64,000 bases of DNA. It comes from Rhynchobatus australiae. Lineage: Eukaryota. Location of the stretch: positions 100,461,783-100,525,782 of the forward strand of contig JAUZTB010000107.1 in assembly GCA_034780895.1 (NCBI GenBank), read 5' to 3'. Below the pieces are notes generated by a model. The model did not search any database, was not told where the DNA came from, and worked only from the letters and a program-made list of their open reading frames with translations. The translations under genes were made by a program, and so were the position numbers. Positions 53,876 through 64,000 of the stretch are shown here, in pieces. Each line of letters starts with the position of its first letter. Position 1 is the stretch's first letter.

Positions 53876-56389
53876 GGTAAGGACAGAAGATGGCATCAGT
53901 CTTTCAGTAGTTAAGTAGAAGAAACTTTGACCTAGCAAGATGCAGGTAGAACCAGGTGAAATCAGCATACATGTGACCTTTACATGTAGATAAATAGGCC
54001 ATGGGAAAGGATGGAAGTGGGAGGGGCAACAGAGGGTACCTACTTACGTAATTGGAAGCAGAGTTAGCTCTTTTTGCTCTCTCTGCCTTTCAGTAAGGTC
54101 ATGGCTGATTTTTTGCATCAGTGTCACTTTACCAGTCCCTTATTTCTTGATTCCATTTATTTAAAATTAGCAAAATGAACACTCTGGATTTAAATCATGA
54201 TCTGCAGTCAAATGCTTTCCTGTTGAACTTGTACCCCCTTTACCTTCCCTACCTGGTGTGGGAATGGACGATGAACCATTGTGGGTTAGAGACGTTAGAG
54301 ATAAGATGCAGCTCCATCTTGGTTGAAAATTGTAAAGACACATCATTGAAAATGTCAAAATCTGCAGATAGGTCAACTTAGTTATGTTATGTCATTATTT
54401 TTGGATGAGAATGATCTTGATACTATGGCATGGGTGGAAACTTGACTGGAGAATCCATAAACTGTGAAAGCTGGGTGTGGATTTAAGAGACGGGAATATC
54501 CATGGACTTTGGAGGGGAGGGATATTGAAGTTTAATAGGAGGAAGAGGTTAAGCTTTAGTTTATCTTGGAAGGTGTTGATAATAGTAGATTTGGAGAGTA
54601 TTGGTGTGAGGGAAATGTTAACAATATCAGGTGATATCAGATCCAGGTAGGGAAGTTGGAAAGGTTTGTCATAATTGGTTGAAGGAGCTTGAGGTGGATC
54701 ACATGGACCAAATTAGTTTGAAGGCTATGAAGGAGGCGGATTTAAAACAAAATTAGAGAAGGATCTGAGATCAGCGTTTAGGGCAAGTGAAAATCCTTGG
54801 AACCCTGAGCACTAGCGGAAGGGAGGGATGCAACAGAGACAGCAGATTGAAGGGCATCAACCTTAGTGACAAAGGTCTTTGCAGGAGATGGAGGGTTTGA
54901 TGAATCTGTAAATTTTTGTTGTGGGGTTCAATACATCTTGAGGTAAGAGGGAAATTGTCAAGTGTTATCTTTCATGAAACTATTTTGGATGGAATACTTA
55001 GAAGCATTATCGGATGGGAGCAAAGCCCAATAGTGCTTTATCTTGTAGTCTGTTCTGTTGAACTGATAAACTAGTTGACCAGTTTTTTCAATAACTTCCT
55101 TTTGATTTAAGGGAACAGATAGACATGTGGGATAAATGGGGAGAAGCCAAAGTATAGCTCTAATTTAATTAGAACCAGGTATCAAGTATGTGAAAATGAA
55201 ACTATTGATCAGATTAATATTTGCAGAATCTAAGGCCAAAGCTGGGATTTTGAAAGTGAATGGGGGAGGGGGGGGGGTTTCTTTCAAAAACAGACAAGTG
55301 ATGTTGAGAGAGGAAAGGGTATGTGGATGGAGAGCAATATAAAGTTGCGAGAGGGAGATCACTGAGTGAGATGATGGAAGTGAGTTAAAAGGATGGCCAT
55401 GAATTTAGGCAGTTTGCTGAAGAAGCAGTTATAGAACAATGAACTTAGAACGCACAGTGCATGATGTATTGAAATAATTGAAATCAATGTGAATGAAATG
55501 TCACTTTGCAGAGGTTGAGAGAGGGAATCATGGTAAGAATTTCTATGATGAACAGCAGAGAATGAGACTTTAAATCAGATGGGAGGGCTGGAATGAGACT
55601 TGGATGTTGAAAGAAGGTGCCAGAGCAGCATGGAAACAGCACTGTGATTGACCTTGTGTCTATCATAGTTTGAGGTGGGCAAGCAGTGTAAGCTATAACT
55701 AGACAGGAAGGCTGAAATTAAAGGGAACGCATACCTCAAATATCTTCATGAAAGAGCTGATGCAAATGACGACAATAAACTCATGATTGATAAGGGAATA
55801 GACATTCTGGGCGGAAATAAAAAGGAGTGGTGTTTTATGGATGGAAGTGTCCTTGTCAGAAACCTCATGGAATAAACATCAAGGCAGTGGTGACACTGTT
55901 CCAAGTGCCTATTTTAATTTACCTCTTAGTGGGGCTATTATCATTGCAGATTGTAAAGTTGTTAGCCTTTAAGTATCATCTGCAGGGTTTGGTCAAATTA
56001 GAATATTGTGACTAATTATTTTTAATGCGCTATCTTTTCACGGGGCAAAACTAAGATATAATGCGTAAGTTTTGAGAGAAGCTAAAAGTAAATTGAACAG
56101 CATGTGATTTAAGCTTGTTTTTTCATTTCTGCATTTTATTTTCCTATTCATTCCTAGTTTTAACCATTTTCTTTGCGACTACATCAGCCATCCCATTTTC
56201 CTCTCCCCTGAAAATAGCAACTCTTCAGAGATTTTAAGAGAAGAAAGTAGAAGTAATGCAATCTGCAGATAAAAGGCAACTGATTTATTTGTTTTGCTTG
56301 ATGTAGAAGGCAGCCATTCAGCAATCTGAGCAATCCTATCGTTTGCATGTCCTCGCCCATTAACATTCCTGAGTTTCCAGCCACAAACA

Positions 56390-56530
56390 CAGGGCTAATT
56401 TACAGTACAATCAACACGTATTCAGGATGTGGGAGGAAACTGGAGCACCGGGGGAAATCCACACAGTCACAGGGATAACATGAAAACTCCACTCGCAACT
56501 TCACCTCCCAGTGCTGAGGTAGCTCCACTA
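56390..56530 (-). mobile_element. V-domain SINE fragment
   Basis: GGATGTGGGAGGAAACTGGAGCACCGGGGGAAATCCACACAGTCACAGGGA is the reverse complement of the V core. Confidence 0.7.
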
Positions 56531-56544
56531 GATGCAGAAGATTA

Positions 56545-57430
56545 TGGAAAAGATGCTGTATTAAAGGTTATTATAGAAAATAAATGCTAGTGGTGCAGGA
56601 GGTAATGTTGGCTAACCAACAAGAAACAAAAGGCATAAATGGGTCTTTCTGTTTTGGCAAGATGTAATGAGTAGTGCGCTTCAGGGAATGATGCTGGAGT
56701 CTCAAGTTACTTGGTATGAAATCCCCAAAAGTGTATTTGCTGATGACAAAGGAAAAGTAAATTATGAAGAGGATATAATGGAAGCTACAGAAGGGATATG
56801 GATAGGTTAAGTGAACAAGCAAAGCTTTGGCAAATGGAGTATAATGTGAGGAAAATGTGAAAATTTTGCTGGAAAAATATAATGCGTCATTTTGAGATTC
56901 AGATGGATTTGGGTGTCCTAGTGCAAGATTTTCAAGAGGATAGTTTGGAACAAGTAATTGGGTAAGCTGATAGATTGCTATGGTTTGCTGCTCGAGGGAT
57001 TGAACAAAAAAACTAGGGATATTATGCTTCATTTATATAGGGCATTGTTGAAACAATTCTGGAATAGTATTGGTCTGCTTAAGGAATGATGTGTTAAAAG
57101 CAGTTCAGAGAAGGCTTGCTAGACTCGTGTTTGGAATGGGTGGGTTGTCTTGGGTCAAGATTGACAGGCTTGAGTTTGAGGTGAAGAGGGGACTTGATGG
57201 AAACAAGACAAACTGGCTGCAAAGTGGATGTTACTTCTATAGAAGAATCTAGACTAAGATCACTGTTACTTCTATAGAAGAATCTAGACTGAGATCACTG
57301 TTTTAAAAAGATTACTGTATTTTCCCCCAGAGGGTTGTCAGTCTTTAGAACTCCTTTGAAGAGCATTGGAAGCATGGTCTTGACTATTTTTGAGGTACAG
57401 TTTGAAACTTGAAAAGTAAGGGGTGAAAGG
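56545..57430 (+). mobile_element. Decayed CR1 LINE
   Basis: TTTGCTGATGACA (FADD), KAVQRRLARLVFGMGGLS, several deletions and an internal 35-bp duplication. Confidence 0.7.
57229..57298 (+). repeat. Tandem duplication, 2 x 35 bp
   Basis: TGTTACTTCTATAGAAGAATCTAGACT(A/G)AGATCAC twice, one mismatch. Confidence 0.9.
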
Positions 57431-57444
57431 TTACTGCAGCCTGT

Positions 57445-57630
57445 TTTGCGAGTAGTCTTGTAGCTGGGAGCTAGTGTGGCCACGTTACTGATGCTTTTCA
57501 AAAGGTTAGTAAAAATGTTTCGCAAAATTTCACGTAGCTGGAGACTTCAGCTACATGCAACCACATGACAAATGATTACTCAGCGTCAGTAATGACGGCG
57601 GAGTCACCTGGCGGCCTTGTGTACTTTAAA
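57445..57630 (+). promoter_or_regulatory. Candidate intronic promoter/enhancer
   Basis: About 8 CpGs in ~170 bp in CpG-poor DNA; CACGTA 57531-57536, CACATGA 57562-57568, TTACTCA, inverted half-CREs CGTCA-GTAA-TGACG 57584-57597, CACCTG ~57605. Confidence 0.4.
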
Positions 57631-58034
57631 CTTCAGAGGATATGAAATCATTTTGGGTTTTTTTAAAATACAAGTAACTGGAAACTTGCTTGGAATAACC
57701 CTAACTACTTTTACTATTAAAGAGCAGCCAGTTTGACCTGTTTCCTGTGAAGGTTGAGGAAATTACTTTTGCATTTTTTCTTCTAGTGCCATTCTTCTAG
57801 ATGTAGATAGCTAAGAGGTGGTGGTTAGACATTCATGCAATCAGTGCCTATGCAAATGCCGACCCTGAGTTTTGCTTCTACTTGCCTTTTGCTGATTGTG
57901 ACTCTGCCATTTTTTTCATGTGATGCATCCTGTTACCGAAGCCGGAAGGCTGTAGCATACATTACCAGACAGCATTTGCTGTTCTCTTGCAGTTATTTGG
58001 AGTTTGTTCTTCAGAATTGCCCATGCCTCTAAAA

Positions 58035-58081
58035 ATGACTTGCCAAAGAACTTCGTACAGAATTAAAAGTCAGTCTATGGG
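58035..58081 (+). CDS. Candidate alternative short first coding exon of TSC22D2 (MTCQRTSYRIKSQSM-G)
   Basis: aaaATGa start, 15 codons + 2 nt, strong donor GGG|GTAAGT at 58081/58082, phase 2 like exons 1 and 2. No homology or transcript evidence available. Confidence 0.35.
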
Positions 58082-60134
58082 GTAAGTGTTCATTATTGTG
58101 TCTTAACAGCAGGATTTCATTTGCTATGACCTACACGTAATGATCTCCTAACGTATCTATAACGTATTGATATTCAAGTTTGTGATCATTGGAGCATTAC
58201 ACTTAAAAATATGATCAGTGAAAGTTTTTTTACACAAGATTTCAATACTTTCAGTAAAACCAATTGAACTGGGATCACAGAGGAAAGATGCAGGGGAAAA
58301 CATTTTAATAAGTGTTACTATGTAAATGCCAGTTAATTGAATTTGTCAGACTGTTTAAAGTATTGTAATGTGTGAGTTCTTTTGAATTTGGAGAGTGGGA
58401 ATAAAATGAGGGTGCTTCATGTTCTGAATTAGTATTGATGTTTGGCATCAAGTATACAAGCTCCATTTGTTAGTGCCATTAAAAGTCAAGAGGAAAATGT
58501 TATTTGCACCACCGACAATCCTANNNNCCTAACCTTTGAGCTATTTGGTGCTACAAAATGGTGCATAAAAATTACAAGATCAGAAATTGTAATTTCTTTA
58601 GGGCAAAAAAGCACCCTGCTCAGCAGTTTGACAGATTCACCTAAGCAGTTTTGTTGGGGACCTAGCAGTGATGTCAAACATACTGTAAACTGGAGATGGT
58701 TTCCTTTAATTTGGACTTGCCTGGGACCCTGTTGCGGAATCAAATGGGAGATGACAAAGCAAGATGTCAGGAAAGTGGATTTAAAATTGATAACTGGGGC
58801 AAGGGTTGCAATTCTGACTAATGTTGGATGAAGCAGCAATGTAAAGATGTGATTGTTAAAGTAAGAAAATAAAATGCCTTTGGGATGCTGGCCAGATTGG
58901 TCTGTGTGTTGGCTAGTTTTGTAGTGTTCACCTTAATCGTACATGAACTGTCATTAACTTGTATCATGCATGAAATCACTGGTTACACTTAAAAGACCTT
59001 CATTTGTTTTTGGTATACTTAGCCTCTTTCTAAGCTGTTTAAATTTTATGATATTGATTTGTACTATCTTTGCCATGAAGTGTATTAATTAACATTTGGG
59101 TGTTTTGATTTCAAACAACTCTAACTAGTCATTTTTACAACTTCAATGCACTCATTTTAATAAGTGTCTGAGCACTTTGTGCACTGAAAGGTAACTGGAC
59201 ACAACGAAGGCAGAAAGGAAGGAGTTTAGGAGTAGCAACGAGCGTACGTGAAGAAGAGGTGGGAATGGAGGTACATAGCCAAGAATTCTAGAGTGTTTAT
59301 GAAAGATGACTGGCCACAGGGGACTTGTAAATATTAATATAAATCAGTGCATCTATATATAAATAGACAAATTTACAGAAACCGCTCTAGTGCGATTAAA
59401 TTTTTTTCCTGACATGACAAACTAAAGATCTCTGTGTGCCAATTGCTCAGGTATCTGGATTTTTTTTCATTTGTGCTGCCACTGGATTCTCTTTCAGGCT
59501 ACTTCCTTTGTGTGGCATGACACACTTGAACTGGAGAATTGGGCTTCGCTTAGCCAAAGACCTGTAGTTCTGGCTATTATAAGTCTCTGGTTTTATGCAA
59601 TTGACAAATAAATCATAGTGTCTCCAATTTTGTTTGCTACTGGACATGCATCTGATTAGCTAAATGTATTGAATTTGATTTCTCGTGAATTCTTGCACCA
59701 ATTTGCCCAAAGGAAACCGTCAACTCAGTACATTGCAACTACATTTTTTTGTGCTGAGGGTGAATGAAAACCTTCTGCAGTTCTGATTTCATTTTCAGTG
59801 TAAAAATAAATTTTGCAGCTGTTGGTCTGGTTGAATTATCTACAAATTGTTTTAAATCAGATTCCAAAATGTGTAACTATCTGTATTCAAATATGGGGGT
59901 ATAATATTTGAATAAAAATGGTATTTCTTTACTTGTATTTTCAGGGCTTTTGCGGTAGTTTTTCCAGTCCCTGTGAATTACGAAGTCACTGTCTCACTTC
60001 CTCTTTTTTTGCACTTTGGGCATTCCTTAAACAACATCACAGGCCAGTGACCTGTGTCTATATTTCTCCCACTGCTTCATTTCGTGGGATGTTGAAATTC
60101 ATTGCCTGTCTTTGGAACTCAATTCATTTTTTTC

Positions 60135-61900
60135 CAGATGTGGGCATCACTGACAAAGCCAGCCTTTATCAACATTCTTCCTTGAGCTGGTTTTGGCCCA
60201 CCTCGAATTATTGTCTTCCTGATGAAGGTACTTCCACAGTGCCATTGGGAATGGAAGTTCCCGGATTTAGACCCGGTGACAATAAGAAAGTAATACACTT
60301 CCACGTCAGGATGGTGTGAGAATTGAAAGAGAACCTATATGTTCTGTATGCTTTCTGCCTTGCCCTGTTGTTATTGGAGTGGCCGAGACCTGTAACCCCG
60401 GTGCAGCTTGCAGCATCTACAAAATGCAGCAAGTATTGATGGAGGGAACAATTTTAATGTGGTGAATGGCGTGCCAATCAAGCTTTCTCAAGTGTGTGAG
60501 CTACTTGTTGGAAGCTCCATTCATACTAACAAGTGAAGGGTATTTTATCACACTTGTGATGTATCTTTACAGATGTTGGAAAGTTTTGAAATGTTGGGTC
60601 TGAGAGGTTTGCTGCAGGATACCTGTTCACTGAAGAGCTCTAGTGGCTACAGTGTTCAAGCAACTGATTTGCTTTAGTTTCTGGTCATGTAAACCCAGTC
60701 TGTTAATTGTGAGATGATGCCACAATTGAACCATAGAGGTTTGGATTCTGGAACTGAACTGCAGACTCGGTGAGATCTTCTCTACTAGTGAAGCAACTGA
60801 AGCTGGTTGGGCCAAGGAGACTATCCCAAAGAATGCCAATGATATCATGGGGCTGGGATGGTTGACCTCCAAAATTCACAGCCATCTTCCCATGTGAGGT
60901 AGACTCCAACCATTGGAGTATTTTCCCCTTGATGCCATACTCAGTCAAATACCATCAAGGAAAGTCGCTCTCAGTTCCCCTCTGGAGTTCACTGTGGTCC
61001 ATGTTTTCTAGCACTGTCACCAATGCCTTCATCAATTTAATGGTTGAGAGTAGCCTAATTAGACAGGAACTAGCTAGTTGGAGTTGTCCTGCTTTTTGTG
61101 CTTGGGATACAGTGGAAAATTTTCCACATTGTTGGGTATTTGCCAGTATTATAACTGCACTGAAAGATTTTTGTTAGAAGCAGGACTTATTCTGGAGTGC
61201 ATGTCTTCAGCACACATGGGTTGTGTTCCAATCTTATAGCCTCTGTATTCATTGTTCTCATCTATATCATGATATCATGTGGTCTATTGAATTGGCTGAA
61301 GACTGGCTACTGTGAATGTAATCTAAGGAGGAAACAAAGGTGGATCATTGGACACTGGCTAGATTTTGTTGTGAATGTAGCTTGCCTGATGCATCTCTGC
61401 TATCTTTAAGGATGGGGTATTCTTGGAGTCTCTGCCTGTTAATGTGTGCCACCTTTCATGTCTAGCTTTGGGGCCATTGCAAAACTTTGATCTGATTGGT
61501 TGTGTGATTTTTGTTTTTTAAAAGTTATTTGAATTGCGTGCTGTTTTTGCTGCTTAGTGACTAGTTCTGTGTTGCAGTTTCACCAGGTTGGCACTTAAGT
61601 ATGCCTGGCATACTTTTAGTGTGACTGTCTGCACTGACCCTGGGCTGATCTCCTGGTGTGATTATGTGGAGACGTATGACGGGATGAGTTTTTACTGCAG
61701 ATTGGCCAGAGAAATTCCATGGATGCCCAGACTAGCAGTGCCAGAGCTATCTGAGTCTATTCCAGTTGGTACAGCCGTAGTCCTACACAACGCAATGGTG
61801 AGAGGATGGAATTCCAGAGGTTGCGCAGTGGTCACTTTTACCAGTGCTGCTGTAAATAAGGTGCGTCTAGTGAGGACAAGGTCAAGTTGGTTTGCTGTCT
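60135..61900 (-). mobile_element. Long decayed CR1/L2-clade LINE
   Basis: Minus strand GIKGKILQWLES...GGQPSQPHDIIG...SLLGPTSFSCF is an RT remnant; homologous to 18200-19190. Confidence 0.7.
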
Positions 61901-62319
61901 TTTTGCCACAGATCTTCATCAAATATGTCCTTCACGTGGGGTGATTAAAGGTTCTGTGGGCAAACCTTGACCATCAGTATTCTGGCCTCAATGAGTAAAA
62001 TGTAGTCATAGGATGAGATGGCACAGTCATGTAAATTTAAAGTTTTATCCAGCCTGCCTTTTGAAAGGGACTAATGAATCTGCTTCTTGTTTCATTGAGG
62101 TACTGCAGTTAAGTTTGAAACTGGACAGTGTAATTTCCTCATTACCCTAATTCTTTTATTACCTGGTCACCTTGTTTATGTGGAGTGGTTGCCTGCATAC
62201 TACTATTCACCACACTTATGAATTTTAAAGCTAATATTTTGTACATATCCGGTGCTGCGACTGTTTTTCCCAAAGTATTGCTATCTTTGGGGCATGCTTG
62301 AGCTTGGCCCTTTTGCTTC

Positions 62320-62685
62320 ATAATTGTTATCGCACAGCACCTTAGGGTTCTGCTTGGGTAGCCTACAACCCAATGGTATGGATGTTGAATTTTCCCATCT
62401 CAGGTAACCCACACACCTTGTTCCTTTCCCACTCTGTCCAGGTTCCCTCTGCCTATGGTCAACCTTTCCATCCCTTCCTCTGCCACCTAGTTCCATCTGC
62501 CCGTCATCCCTCCCTCATCTGGCTCCATCAACCTCTGTCTCACCCCTCCCTCTCTTTTATATACTGTCTACCTTCCCTTTACACTCTTGGTCCTGATGCA
62601 GGGTCTCGATCTAAAGTGCCGACCATCCCTTTGCCTTCACAGACGTTGCTTGACCTGCTGAGATCTTCCAGTGGTTTTGTTTAAA
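62320..62685 (+). mobile_element. Penelope-like element 3' end
   Basis: Frame FCLGSLQPNGMDVEFSHLR* resembles the GIY-YIG C-terminal 'FRLGSLQP.G.N' peptide; pyrimidine-rich UTR; CCTGATGCAGGGTCTCGA...TGACCTGCTGAG terminus. Confidence 0.65.
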
Positions 62686-63689
62686 GGGAAGTGCGCTGAG
62701 CATTTTCCTGGGTCTTCCCTGCCTCCACCCCCAAGTAGGAGTTAGCAATCATGTTCTTGCAGTACAAGGAGATTAGTATAAACTGGTGACTCAATGAACT
62801 TCCTGTTGAGTAGAAGATTTAAATTGCATCAAGTCATAGAAACAGGCCCTATGATACTGCTGACCAACCTGGTGTGAGAGAGGCACTCCAATCTAAATCT
62901 CATCATGGTGCTTTCCAATGTTTAATCTGTGTACCTTGGTATCAGTAGGGAGGGTGAAGTGGAAAAATACTGGAAGAAGTTTGTGCCTTTATATGGTTTC
63001 TATTAGATCTTGTTTAGAGAAGTGTTAGTGCAAATGTGCAGCTGGCAACAGCTCAAACACAAATTGTTTCCTGTGAGCTTTGATAAGCTGGCAAGTTTGC
63101 TCTGGGTGGTGTTAAAACATTTGCAGTATGAGCATCTGACCAGAATCTCTCTCTTTTTTTACCTCAAATTTAAACTTGTCCGCAGTTGTTTTGGTAAACA
63201 TGACTATCAGAAAGTTATTTTAAGGTCTTAATGTTGTGACGTACTGCCTTGCACTGGTGTAGGTGTAATACAGGTTGCTGCCAAGTGCCTTCCATGTATT
63301 TCTCAATATGCTAAGTTGGAAAGACAGGCTTGTCCTATTACTGAGAATCTCGAATTCAGGTGAATTGTAAACAAATCAGCCAAAATTTGCATTGACCTAT
63401 GTAATGGACTTAAGGGTTGCTCTTGTACAAGTTTTAAAAAAAACTTCTGCCTTTTTAGATATTGATAATACAGGTTTTGGAATGTTAAGTTTATGCTGAA
63501 ACTTGTACTGAGAATTGTAAAGCCATAATAAATCAGTATAGTGGCGTTTGAATAAAACTACTGGAGTTTTGGGGAAACTCATTAAACCCATTTCTAAATG
63601 TAGTTTTTCTTTGCTGGCTTTAATTTGCTTTTTAAACAGTCCGCCATGTAGTTTACAATCTGCAGCTACTGTTCCAGGCAAGGTTTCAC

Positions 63690-63895
63690 CAGCAACACAA
63701 AGCTGGAGGAACTCAGCAGATTGGGCAGCCTCTATGGAGGGAAATAAACAGTTGACATTTTGGGTCGAGATCTTTCATTGGGACTGGAAAGGAAGAGGGC
63801 AGAAGCCTCCATAGATGCTTCCTGACCTGCTGAGTTCCTCCAGTATCGTGTGTGTGTGTTGCTTCAGATTCCAGCATCTGCAGAATCTGTGTCAA
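63690..63895. mobile_element. Fold-back element made of two inverted Penelope-like termini
   Basis: CTGGAGGAACTCAGCAG 63703-63719 is the exact reverse complement of 63827-63843; CTATGGAGG 63732-63740 pairs with CCTCCATAG 63806-63814. Confidence 0.7.
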
Positions 63896-64000
63896 TGTTT
63901 ACCAGCCTCTGGTTTTGCAGCATTGCATGCAGTAAAGGTTTGGTAGCTCATTTAGAAGCTTCTGAAAATGCTGTACTTTGTAATCATTGTGCACTTTGTT

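Noticed and set aside
59920-60030. Strong acceptor TTTCTTTACTTGTATTTTCAG at 59944 as possible TSC-box exon
   Set aside because: Phase-2 frame gives AFAVVFPVPVNYEV...stop, with no similarity to the expected SASG..VVAIDNKIEQAM; no TSC-box exon seen in the readable sequence.

Overview
Vertebrate genomic DNA from a draft assembly with many N gaps. The repeat content (V-domain tRNA-SINEs, CR1 and Rex1/Babar LINEs, Penelope-like remnants) suggests a cartilaginous fish, probably a ray; that assignment is inference. The window holds the 5' part of one + strand gene, TSC22D2: a CpG-island promoter/leader (~1440-2858), the large first coding exon (2859-4729) and a 72-nt cassette exon (30602-30673) that the ORF track misses. 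I did not find the TSC-box/leucine-zipper exons; they probably lie beyond 64000. The rest is intron filled with decayed retroelements. There is no prokaryotic content, CRISPR array or RNA gene, and I cannot claim a confirmed new biological system. The best leads are regulatory: (1) a candidate internal promoter plus phase-compatible short first exon at ~57.45-58.09 kb, which would give a short TSC22D2 isoform; (2) a near-perfect 30-bp-stem intronic hairpin at 51366-51439; (3) four short uORFs in the leader; (4) an in-frame stop fused to an AATAAA just past the exon 1 donor. Repeat boundaries were read by eye and are approximate.
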